Shown here: piece after piece, positions 8,783 through 17,016 of the stretch
Layout: every line of letters starts with the position of its first letter
Position numbering within the stretch: position 1 is the first letter of the stretch
Assembly (NCBI GenBank): GCA_051382335.1
Contig: JBBCAX010000084.1
Coordinates: 23,206 to 87,205, forward strand
Reading direction: 5' to 3'
Length of the DNA: 64,000 bases
From: Deltaproteobacteria bacterium TL4
GTDB taxonomy: Bacteria; SAR324; NAC60-12
The notes under the pieces: model-generated
What the model was told of the DNA's origin: nothing
What the model saw: the letters and a program-made list of their open reading frames with translations, nothing else
The model's database searches: none
Translations under genes and position numbers: made by a program

Positions 8783-9096
8783 ACAATACCCTTTGCTATA
8801 ATTTCGTGTAAAAAAACACACCCGCTTCTGTGAAAAGAGGGTACGCTTCTCTCTGCTTATAGTGATTGATCTACACCAGATGTTATCTCAATTTTCATAC
8901 TCTTAACCACCCTCCCTCTTTTTCAAGTAGAATCAGGATCAAAGAGCAACCATCTCTGATTCAGAATTGGCTTATTCTCTGGAGAGAGTATCCCTGTTAG
9001 GGGAATACTTTCAAGGAAAATTATCAGGGCAATGAAAACATTTATTCAGTGGTCTTGGACCCGATTTTCGTCTCATAGAAACCGGACTGGCAGGAT

Positions 9097-11103
9097 CTAA
9101 CAGTAGGAATGGGGACTCGCGCTTTGTGATTCCAAAGACGCTAACGCGGCTTCAAGGGTCTCTAACACATCATCATCGTTCTCTAAGGCATAGAGTTTGT
9201 TCAACTCTTCAAAAACTTTTTCACCACCAATATTTTTTAGCGCTTCAATGGCGGCAAGTTTCAGATACGTGTCTGAGCTTTCCAGGTAGGGGCTGAGATC
9301 AGGGATGGATTCTTTGCTCCCAATAGTGCCCAGAGCCTCAATCGTTTCATAAACATAGCGAGGGTGAGTGGCTTTCTTCAGAAACGTGGCCAAATAGCGC
9401 TGACTCGTTGCGCCATTGAACGTCGCAAAAGCTTGGATCGCAGAGATAACGACATTTTCGTTGGGGTCTTCCAAGCACGAAACAATCATCTCTTCCGCTT
9501 TACCCGGGCGACGGTTAACGATCCCTTTGAGGGAAATTTTGCGAATCTTCCAATCGGGGTCTTTCAAGCCTTTTAAAAACTCTTCCTCAAGCTTTTGAGG
9601 GTCATGATCACTAAAATACCGGAACGCCAGCATTCTTTCATCTTGATCAAAAGAGTCCAGGAAAGGATGGATCTTCGATTCCATATCCTCTGACGCGAGA
9701 ACAACAAAGGCTTCATCCGCAGCAGTGCGAGTCTCTTCATTTTTGCTGTGCAGGACGTGAATCACATCATCAATCAACTCATGAAGATTCAGATCTTGCA
9801 CCGCTTTTAGCGCATGGATCACAATTTCACTGATAGGCGATTGCAGCATTTGTTTGATGCATAGCTTTGTCGATTCGTTGATTGGCGCAATTAAAGAATC
9901 CAGGGCGACACGTTGTAAGGTTAAATGCTCATGGGTCAAAAACCGGACCACCTCCACTTGTCCCTGAGCACTTTTTAATTGCCCTAAGGTATCAAGGGCA
10001 TTGGCAAGCGCTGTCATTGGAGCCTCAGGATCTTTTAGAATAGCGACAAGCGGCTGGATGTCTCCAGGCTGTAACGCCACTACGGAAGACAACGCAACTC
10101 GACGAATCTCGCTGTCTTTATCATAATAGAGCAAGGCCAGAATGGGTAAAGCGCTGGGGTACTTCAGCTTGCCTATCAATCGAATCGCATTAAGCCGAAT
10201 ACCAAAGTCACCCTTGAGGGCCGCATTGTACAAGGGATCCAACGAAATATCGCAAAGATAGGGTTCGAGTTGAACGTCCTGGTTATGAGCAACGATGGAT
10301 TCCAGCGCAATAATACTTTCTCCTCCAAAGAGCTTCGGTTGATTTTTAAGTAAATCCAGGAGGATTTCAATACTTTCCAAATGCCCGATTTTGCCTAAGG
10401 CCTGAATTGCAGAAAGAATCACCACAGGATCCCGGTCAACCTCGATTTGCTGATGAATACTTTTCCGTGCTCGCTCAGTGCCGATTTCGCCCAAGGCTCT
10501 CAAACAGGCGCCTTTCATCCAAGGCGCGTCGTGAAGGTGTTCCAAGATCGCGGGGACAACACTTTCATCACCAAGCCGCCCAATGGCTTCTGCGGCTACA
10601 GAAGAAATATTGACATCAGGATCATCCAAGGCTTTGAGGAGATAAGGAACACATTGGGGGAGATTAATGCGGTCCAGGATATCTACCGCAAATTTACGAA
10701 CATCATGATCCTCATCTTCCAGGACGAAGGTCAGCGGTTGAATGCTGGACTCCTCTAACTGAGACATGATTTCAACAGCGTAAATCCTCAAAGACGGAAT
10801 TTCACTGGAGAGCAGAGGGACGAGGGATTCAGCGACTTTTGTGGTGCCAATCATGATTAAAGACTCGGCGGCTGTCTCAGAAACCGCACGCGAAGAATCA
10901 TTGAGCATTGAGATTAAGGGTTGAATCACCGCTTCGGATTCACAATAACCCAAGTCTTCTGACGCATTCCTGCGAATTTCAACGTCCGCACTGTTTAAGT
11001 CATTAATCAGTGTACTAATCTCTTCCATCACCCTCTTCAGTTTTAGCGTGTTGTGAATCCCCATCGGGGGTACGGAGAAACGGGACAGGCCGCCTCTTGT
11101 CAC
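9097..11103 (-). CDS. HEAT-repeat (PBS-lyase-type) protein
   Basis: The roughly 30-aa repeats of form D.D..VR..A..ALG..G..e.v..L recur through the whole ORF. The more likely start is the ATG at 11028 (MEEISTL..), preceded by AGAGGG. Confidence 0.8.
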   Translation of the reverse strand: MTRGGLSRFSVPPMGIHNTLKLKRVMEEISTLINDLNSADVEIRRNASEDLGYCESEAVIQPLISMLNDSSRAVSETAAESLIMIGTTKVAESLVPLLSSEIPSLRIYAVEIMSQLEESSIQPLTFVLEDEDHDVRKFAVDILDRINLPQCVPYLLKALDDPDVNISSVAAEAIGRLGDESVVPAILEHLHDAPWMKGACLRALGEIGTERARKSIHQQIEVDRDPVVILSAIQALGKIGHLESIEILLDLLKNQPKLFGGESIIALESIVAHNQDVQLEPYLCDISLDPLYNAALKGDFGIRLNAIRLIGKLKYPSALPILALLYYDKDSEIRRVALSSVVALQPGDIQPLVAILKDPEAPMTALANALDTLGQLKSAQGQVEVVRFLTHEHLTLQRVALDSLIAPINESTKLCIKQMLQSPISEIVIHALKAVQDLNLHELIDDVIHVLHSKNEETRTAADEAFVVLASEDMESKIHPFLDSFDQDERMLAFRYFSDHDPQKLEEEFLKGLKDPDWKIRKISLKGIVNRRPGKAEEMIVSCLEDPNENVVISAIQAFATFNGATSQRYLATFLKKATHPRYVYETIEALGTIGSKESIPDLSPYLESSDTYLKLAAIEALKNIGGEKVFEELNKLYALENDDDVLETLEAALASLESQSASPHSYC

Positions 11104-11181
11104 TCTCTGTTATAACACTACAAAAGCCGGGAGAACAAGAGGTTCATGCAGGTCTGCCCTTTTTTATTCGACGAGCAATCA

Positions 11182-12318
11182 TCACCCGTATAAAATTCCT
11201 TGCTGTTTAAAATGCTTCAGCGTTGTTTTATCCCTAAGGTCTCCTGGCTTTAAGATGATAGCATCCGTGCTGATTTTTCCAGCTTCACTCAGGATCGTAC
11301 CGCCAACAGCCAAACGGTAGGACGGAATAACCGGAAGAAGAAAGGTATCCTCTCCCACCTTGCAGCGGTAGGGAGGGATGAGTTCATGGGTTCCAGAGTC
11401 ATAGACCTTCTTGCCGGAGGCCATCACAACACCACTAGCAAGAACAGCGCCTTCCTCAATTAGGCCGGAAATTTCACACATTGCGCCGATTTTGACGTGA
11501 TCTTCAACAATTGAGGGCAATCGGCCCGCGGGTTCCAAAATGCCTTCGATTCCGGAACCTGCGCCGAATTTTACATTCTTACCAATCTGTGCGCAGGAAG
11601 CGACCCGGGAACCGCCGTCAATCATGACGCCTTCTCCCGCAATATAAGCGCCAATATTCACAAAGGCCAGGTTCATGATTACGGTTTGAGGGCCGATATA
11701 AGCTCCCGTTCTTACAATGGATCCTGGCGCATAGCGGACACCCCCCTGAATAAAATCGTCATCGGTATAGTTTGCGATTTTGAGCGGAATCTTATCCCAG
11801 TAATGCCTCTCCAAACGTTGATTGGTGTGTGTGCCAAAATAATTCAGAATCCCGTTAATCACATAAGTTTGAGGCTGCCAGATGCCCTTTATTTTTTCTG
11901 CGGACCGGACCAAACCCTGATTCAAAAGCTCAATAAACACGTCACACTCTTCGGTTGAGGCCTTCCGTTGTGCCACCTTTTCCAGCAACTGAGCTGTGGA
12001 ACAGCTCACTTTTTGAATACGAAGTTCTTCATTCGAATTTAAGGCTAAAAGCAGACTCAAATTGGGATGATTTTCAGGATTTACTCTGGCGTCTTCAACT
12101 TTTTCCGCAAACAGTCTCAACCCTTCTTTTGCTTCCTGGAAACTAAGGGTCCCCTGAGTGGTAGTGATCGCATTATAGATCCGGAGAGCGCCCTGAGTTC
12201 CTGGTAAATTGGGCATAAGGGCTAATAATTTGCCTTGGGCGTTCAGGACACGAATCAGAACAAGTTGACGGATATCGGGCAAGGCGTTTAGATTTTCTTC
12301 AAAAGTGCTCATGGTCAT
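11182..12318 (-). CDS. dapD: 2,3,4,5-tetrahydropyridine-2,6-dicarboxylate N-succinyltransferase with N-terminal extension
   Basis: HYWDKIPLKIANY..VRYAPGSIVRTGAYIGPQTVIMN..FVNIGAYI..GVMIDGGSRVASCAQIGKNVKFGAGSGIEGILEP..PSIVEDHVKIGAMCE aligns block for block with E. coli DapD as I recall it, including the hexapeptide beta-helix. Confidence 0.85.
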   Translation of the reverse strand: MTMSTFEENLNALPDIRQLVLIRVLNAQGKLLALMPNLPGTQGALRIYNAITTTQGTLSFQEAKEGLRLFAEKVEDARVNPENHPNLSLLLALNSNEELRIQKVSCSTAQLLEKVAQRKASTEECDVFIELLNQGLVRSAEKIKGIWQPQTYVINGILNYFGTHTNQRLERHYWDKIPLKIANYTDDDFIQGGVRYAPGSIVRTGAYIGPQTVIMNLAFVNIGAYIAGEGVMIDGGSRVASCAQIGKNVKFGAGSGIEGILEPAGRLPSIVEDHVKIGAMCEISGLIEEGAVLASGVVMASGKKVYDSGTHELIPPYRCKVGEDTFLLPVIPSYRLAVGGTILSEAGKISTDAIILKPGDLRDKTTLKHFKQQGILYG

Positions 12319-12321
12319 CCT

Positions 12322-13692
12322 TTAAAAATGTTTTAATGCGGGTTTTCCTATGGGAAATACATTAAACCCAATTTTAAACAGTTTTTGATGATCCAGAAAA
12401 TTGCGTCCATCAAAAATAAACGCGGGTTTCGTCATCAACCTGAATATTTTATCGAAATCCAGTTGAAGGTATTCTTGCCATTGGGTCACCAAGGCAATGG
12501 CATGAGCTCCTTCAACCGCTTTGTAGGGATCTTCTTCAAAGACGATATCACCCGGCATCCCCTTCAAATCCTGTTTCGCATTTTCCAAGGCTTTAGGGTC
12601 GTGTACCGAAACGCGGGCTCTTTCTTCCAATAACTTCAGGCAGACAGGAATTGCCGGCGAGTCTCTAGTATCTCCAGTATCAGGTTTGAAGGCAAAGCCT
12701 AACACCGCGATTTTTTTATTGGCCAGGGTATTGAACATATTATTCAGGATGCCTTTGAAAAAGCGGTTAGTCTGGTAGTCATTCATGGTAACCACACTTT
12801 CCCAATAAGCGGCAACTTCAGGGAGTCCGTAAAATTCAGATAAATAGGCTAGGTGCAGAATATCTTTTCGAAAACAAGATCCGCCGAAACCCACGCTTGT
12901 TTGTAAAAAACGGGATCCAATTCGTTTATCCATCCCAACAGCACGACTGACTTCATCCACATCCGCTTCTGTTTTTTCACAAAGCGCGGAGATGCTGTTG
13001 ATGGAGGAAATTCGTTGCGCCAGCATGGCGTTAGCGACCAGTTTTGAAAGCTCACTACTCCAGACATTCGTCAAAAGGATTCTGTCCCTAGGGACCCAAT
13101 GCGCATAGACGTTGGCTAATAGTTCACAGGCCTTACGTCCAGGCGCATTATCTCTGCCACCAATCAATACCCGGTCAGGTTGCTCCAAATCGGGGATGGC
13201 GGTACCTTCAGCCAAAAATTCAGGATTTGAAAGAACCTCAAATTTTCGATTCCCGTCTCCAGAATGTAAAATTCTGGCCATTGCTGCCGCCGCACGAACG
13301 GGGAGTGTGCTCTTTTCAACAATAATGACTTCGGGTTTTTGAGTATGTTCTAAAATAGCACGGGCCGTTTGCTCCCAAAATTGTAAATCCGCACCACGTC
13401 CCGCGGCTTCACCAAAGGTTTTCGTGGGGGTATTCGTTGCCACAAAAATAAGATCCGCATCCTTCAAATTACCAGAGATATCGGTACTGAAAAACAGATT
13501 CCGTCCTCTCGACGCTTGTACAACTTCCGCGAGACCGGGTTCATAAATAGGCAAATTATCGGAATTCCAACGGGCAATCCGCTCTGGATTGATGTCCACG
13601 ACCGTAATCTTTAATTCTTCACAATATTTGGCAATTATGGCCATCGTTGGTCCACCAACATAACCCGCGCCAATACAAACAATATTTTTCAT
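12322..13692 (-). CDS. ugd: UDP-glucose 6-dehydrogenase (long, eukaryote-like type)
   Basis: NIVCIGAGYVGGPTMAIIA..ITVVDIN..RIARWNSDNLPIYEPGL is very close to animal UGDH N-termini, and GGSCFRKD is the catalytic Cys motif. The ATG at 13692 is preceded by AGGAG. The stop lies 4 nt before the dapD start. Confidence 0.9.
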   Translation of the reverse strand: MKNIVCIGAGYVGGPTMAIIAKYCEELKITVVDINPERIARWNSDNLPIYEPGLAEVVQASRGRNLFFSTDISGNLKDADLIFVATNTPTKTFGEAAGRGADLQFWEQTARAILEHTQKPEVIIVEKSTLPVRAAAAMARILHSGDGNRKFEVLSNPEFLAEGTAIPDLEQPDRVLIGGRDNAPGRKACELLANVYAHWVPRDRILLTNVWSSELSKLVANAMLAQRISSINSISALCEKTEADVDEVSRAVGMDKRIGSRFLQTSVGFGGSCFRKDILHLAYLSEFYGLPEVAAYWESVVTMNDYQTNRFFKGILNNMFNTLANKKIAVLGFAFKPDTGDTRDSPAIPVCLKLLEERARVSVHDPKALENAKQDLKGMPGDIVFEEDPYKAVEGAHAIALVTQWQEYLQLDFDKIFRLMTKPAFIFDGRNFLDHQKLFKIGFNVFPIGKPALKHF

Positions 13693-13825
13693 AACTCCTA
13701 TTTTTTTATGGAATAACATCCCCTTTCAGGGATGAGGTTGTCGCTGAGTTGATGGGTTTTGAAACCCGCTTGATAAAAAACTTCGAGCTACTCAATAGCT
13801 TACAATATTACCTGTAACACATCAC

Positions 13826-14132
13826 CTATGCCTTTTTCCCAATCCACACTAAATCTCCTTTTTTGACGATTTTTAAAGTTTCAAGCAGTTCGGGAATAAG
13901 GGGTTGTAAATCCTTGGCTCTTGTACCATGATCCGCAAGCACAATAATGGAGATGTTCATCTTTTGAAGGTTCTGCTGGAAAGTCAAGTTACGATCAACG
14001 GTAATAAAAACATCAAACTCTTTCTCCGCCAGTTTTGAGTAATTGGCCATTCTTAATGCCAGCCCATCCTTGCTTTGGAACAGTGATCACTTCATAGGCT
14101 ATTAAATCTTTGCAAGCAAAAGCCTCATGCAA
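13826..14132 (-). pseudogene. DUF5615-family (PIN-like) toxin gene, frameshifted
   Basis: The C-terminal 74 codons (13826-14050) read ..LAEKEFDVFITVDRNLTFQQNL..IIVL. The N-terminal part, HEAFACKDLIAYEVITVPKQGWAGIKNGQLLK, is in another frame starting at the TTG at 14132. The two join cleanly (..NGQLLK|LAEKEF..) if one A is removed from the A4 run at 14033-14036. Confidence 0.55.
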
Positions 14133-14358
14133 CCATCCCAACGACGGATTTTTCGGCTAGTTGGAGAACGGTGACAGCTTGTCCTTGAGAAACTGTAGGA
14201 AACGCATCCAGAAATTCATTTAATGGATCACCAGCTTCAATGAAATCAAAAAGATTTTGGATTGGCACACGAGTGCCTCTAAAACAGGGCGTTCCCCCCA
14301 TAATCTCCGGATCAACCTGGATAATACTACTGGGATCAACCAATTTTTCAGTTTTCAT
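14125..14358 (-). CDS. DUF433-family antitoxin-like protein
   Basis: VDPEIMGGTPCFRGTRVPIQNLFDFIEAGDPLNEFLDAFP is the DUF433 core. Its stop overlaps the start region of the DUF5615-like gene. Confidence 0.8.
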   Translation of the reverse strand: MKTEKLVDPSSIIQVDPEIMGGTPCFRGTRVPIQNLFDFIEAGDPLNEFLDAFPTVSQGQAVTVLQLAEKSVVGMVA

Positions 14359-14392
14359 GATAGCTCTCGTCGTGAAGTTTTTTTAAAATCGC

Positions 14393-14423
14393 TCACGGAT
14401 TTACACGGATAAACGGGATAAAA
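14393..14423. repeat. Half-copy of the decamer-periodic repeat seen at 7167-7240
   Basis: TCACGGATTT ACACGGATAA ACGGGATAAA compares with CGCGGATTTT CGCGGATAAA CGCAGATAAA at 7167-7196. Period and order are the same. Only one arm is present. Confidence 0.6.
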
Positions 14424-14574
14424 AATGAGTTCAAATGTAACCTGTTTTTAATATTACAGGATTACCAGAGATTAGGCAAACCAGAACCATGCTGTTGTCC
14501 TCAAAGAGAAACACGTCTCGTGAACGTTGCTGTAAAAGCTCAACAACAGCGATGGCCGCCCATAACTTCCTCAA

Positions 14575-16218
14575 TTAATCGAATTGAAACAACGAATGAT
14601 TTATATCATCCGGAATCTCTTGTCCCAGCAAAACATAATTAGTTGCCGCAATGTGACTGAGATTCAAGGGTTTTTCGGTACTCGGTTGAAGGAGTTGATA
14701 GTCTCCCTGATATAAAGGATCATAAATGATAAACGGAACAGGATTGATCGAGTGTTTGGTATTGGGCTCCCACTCCTTCTTTTTTGAATTAAAACTCAGC
14801 ATTTCATCCGCATTACCGTGATCCGCGGTAATCACCAGCAACCCGGATACCTGGGCAATGGCGTCTACAATTTCAGTCAGCGCACGGTCTACAACTTCTA
14901 CCGCTTTTATGGTCGCCTGCATATTCCCAGAGTGTCCCACCATGTCAGCATTGGCAAAATTAATCAAACCATAATCATACTGCTTGGAGGAAATTAAACG
15001 AACCGCCTGTTGAGCGATTTCGGCGGCTTTCATTTCAGGCTTCAAATCAAAGGAGGGAACTTTATCAGAATCGATTAAGTAATATTTTTCCCTGACCGGG
15101 TCAAGGGGTTCGCGATAGCCACCATTGAAGAAGAAAGTCACATGCGGAAATTTTTGGGTTTCCGTTAAGCGGAATTGGGTCAGGCCTGCTTCAAAAATCC
15201 GTTTTCCAAAAGGTCGATCCACCTTGGTTGCGCCAACAATATGTTCTGGAGGCATCTGGGTATCCTGGTCATAGACCGTCATGCCCGCGAAGAGGATCTT
15301 AGGTCGTGGCGATCGGTCAAAGTAGGGAAACTCGTCTTCAACCATTGCTCTGGTAAATTCAATCGCACGGTCCGCACGAAAGTTGACGGAAATTACAGCA
15401 TGTTGATCTTGAATAGGGGCAATCGGTTTTCCCTGCCGCGTCAAGACAAACCCTGGAATGGCTTGATCAATCAAATGGGGCTGTGCTTGACGAAAATGAC
15501 GTATCGCCGCTTCAATGGATTCAAATTGATGCTCCGCAACACCACGAACATGCACATTCCACCCGGCCTCGATTCGACGCCAGTCTTGGTCTCGATCCAT
15601 GGTGATGATCTCACGCCCGCCGCCACTGGCAAAGGCATAATCAAGCGCCGCGTTTTGAGCATGCAGCTCATGAAAAAGTTTTTCCAATTGCGAGGTGTAC
15701 TTCAAGGCGGACTGAATAGCCACGTCCCGGCCATCCAGCAAGGGATGGACATACAGTTTTTGAACACCTGAACGGAAAGCATGTTGGATGATTGCAATAA
15801 AATGATCCATATGACTATGAATGTTTCCGTCCGACAACAAGCCAATCAAGTGTAAAGGCACCTGATGCTCCAGACAATTACGGATCAATTTTTCCAAAAC
15901 CGAACTTTTAAAGAACTCACCACTTTGAATGAGGTTTTGGATATGAGTCGGTCCTTGCTCAATGATTTTGCCCGCTCCCATGGTCATATGCCCGACTTCC
16001 GACCCACCCATGTCATTTTCACTGGGCAAGCCCACGAAATGACCATGGGTGAACAGTTGCGTGGACGGACAAGTTTTGATTAATCGGTTCATCAGGGGGA
16101 TTGAGGCTTGATGAATCGCATTGGTATGATCCGAGGCCCCCAGGCCCCAACCATCAAGAACAACATTAATCAAAGGACCGCGGTTCCGAAATAACGCTGC
16201 TAGTTTTGAAGGAGTCAT
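14575..16218 (-). CDS. gpmI: 2,3-bisphosphoglycerate-independent phosphoglycerate mutase
   Basis: VVLDGWGLG near the N-terminus, NFANADMVGHSG and ITADHGNADEM metal-site motifs, and a 547-aa length. Confidence 0.95.
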   Translation of the reverse strand: MTPSKLAALFRNRGPLINVVLDGWGLGASDHTNAIHQASIPLMNRLIKTCPSTQLFTHGHFVGLPSENDMGGSEVGHMTMGAGKIIEQGPTHIQNLIQSGEFFKSSVLEKLIRNCLEHQVPLHLIGLLSDGNIHSHMDHFIAIIQHAFRSGVQKLYVHPLLDGRDVAIQSALKYTSQLEKLFHELHAQNAALDYAFASGGGREIITMDRDQDWRRIEAGWNVHVRGVAEHQFESIEAAIRHFRQAQPHLIDQAIPGFVLTRQGKPIAPIQDQHAVISVNFRADRAIEFTRAMVEDEFPYFDRSPRPKILFAGMTVYDQDTQMPPEHIVGATKVDRPFGKRIFEAGLTQFRLTETQKFPHVTFFFNGGYREPLDPVREKYYLIDSDKVPSFDLKPEMKAAEIAQQAVRLISSKQYDYGLINFANADMVGHSGNMQATIKAVEVVDRALTEIVDAIAQVSGLLVITADHGNADEMLSFNSKKKEWEPNTKHSINPVPFIIYDPLYQGDYQLLQPSTEKPLNLSHIAATNYVLLGQEIPDDINHSLFQFD

Positions 16219-16254
16219 GAATATTCCTGTGAGTGAGTGGTTGTTACAAGATAC

Positions 16255-17016
16255 TTATTTTGCGACAGCGACGGGTTCATGGATGTTTACAATTTTTTCT
16301 TGAGGCAAATGTTCATGAAAGTAAGCTAGTGCCTGTTTCAAATAAGCCTGGTCTCTTGATTCGAGGGTCAACTTCAAAGTATAGGCTTTCTTCCAGGGCA
16401 CAGGATAGGAGCCCAGTAATAATTCAGGAAACTTTTCCATGGCTGTGTCCAAGATATGGGCAATATAGCTTTCATCTTCCCGTAAAAAGATTTCTTCTAA
16501 AAAGATAGGATCTTGTTGGAAAAGATCTTTAATTGCCGCAAATTTATCCTGTAACAACTCAGGAATTCCTGGAAACATAAAGATGTTACGGAATTGAGCT
16601 TGAGGGTAGAGCAATTTCCCGTTGCTGAGAAGCACGGTGCCTTCCGGCACACGGGCCATCCGGAGGTGCTCCGGGGTCAGCTTGCCCTTATAATAATTTT
16701 CCAAAAGTTGAACCAGTTCCGGGGCTTCAATCAACACCACACCAAAGGCCTTCGCAATTGCGGGAACTGTCACATCATCATGCGTAGGCCCAATTCCACC
16801 GCTGGTAAAAACCCAGGTGAATTGTTCGGAACATTCCTTAACGACGGGTCCAATCACCTCAAACTCATCAGGAATCGTAATGATTCTTTGCAGATCAACT
16901 CCCAGAAACCGTAATTCTTTACACAAATAAGCAGAATTGGTGTCTTTTACTTTTCCTGACAAAATTTCATTCCCGATAATCACGGTTGCTGCAGTAACGT
17001 GTTGTTGACTTTTCAT
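16255..17016 (-). CDS. CinA-like / MoCF-biosynthesis (MoaB-MogA fold) domain protein
   Basis: VIIGNEILSGKVKDTNSAYLCKELRFLGV..FTSGGIGPTHDDVT is the molybdopterin-binding-domain signature. The first 50 nt overlap the tail of the upstream PPIase ORF. Confidence 0.7.
   Translation of the reverse strand: MKSQQHVTAATVIIGNEILSGKVKDTNSAYLCKELRFLGVDLQRIITIPDEFEVIGPVVKECSEQFTWVFTSGGIGPTHDDVTVPAIAKAFGVVLIEAPELVQLLENYYKGKLTPEHLRMARVPEGTVLLSNGKLLYPQAQFRNIFMFPGIPELLQDKFAAIKDLFQQDPIFLEEIFLREDESYIAHILDTAMEKFPELLLGSYPVPWKKAYTLKLTLESRDQAYLKQALAYFHEHLPQEKIVNIHEPVAVAK

Noticed and set aside
8783-8821. Longer N-terminal extensions offered by the ORF track for glpK. The same applies to ugd (13693-13719), sucC (35785-35823), guaB (47804-47830), macA (30220-30339) and the PhaC-like gene (27640-27735).
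   Set aside because: In each case an internal ATG with a Shine-Dalgarno-like sequence restores the canonical family N-terminus. The extensions add non-conserved residues.
15175-15771. 198-aa plus-strand ORF. There are similar long antisense ORFs at 57821-58387, 40990-41430, 35889-36317 and 412-792.
   Set aside because: Each lies entirely inside, and antisense or out of frame to, a gene with unmistakable conserved motifs (gpmI, hscA, priA, mdh, the OMP gene). Their sequences are low-complexity or Arg/Ser/Leu-rich shadow translations.
16967-17016. 50-nt overlap between the long PPIase ORF and the CinA-like gene as a possible frameshift or fusion.
   Set aside because: The PpiC domain is complete well before the overlap (..GFHLLLRQ), and the tail is non-conserved. 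The overlap is most simply a long but ordinary gene overlap or a slightly later CinA-like start. No homopolymer or slippery site is evident.
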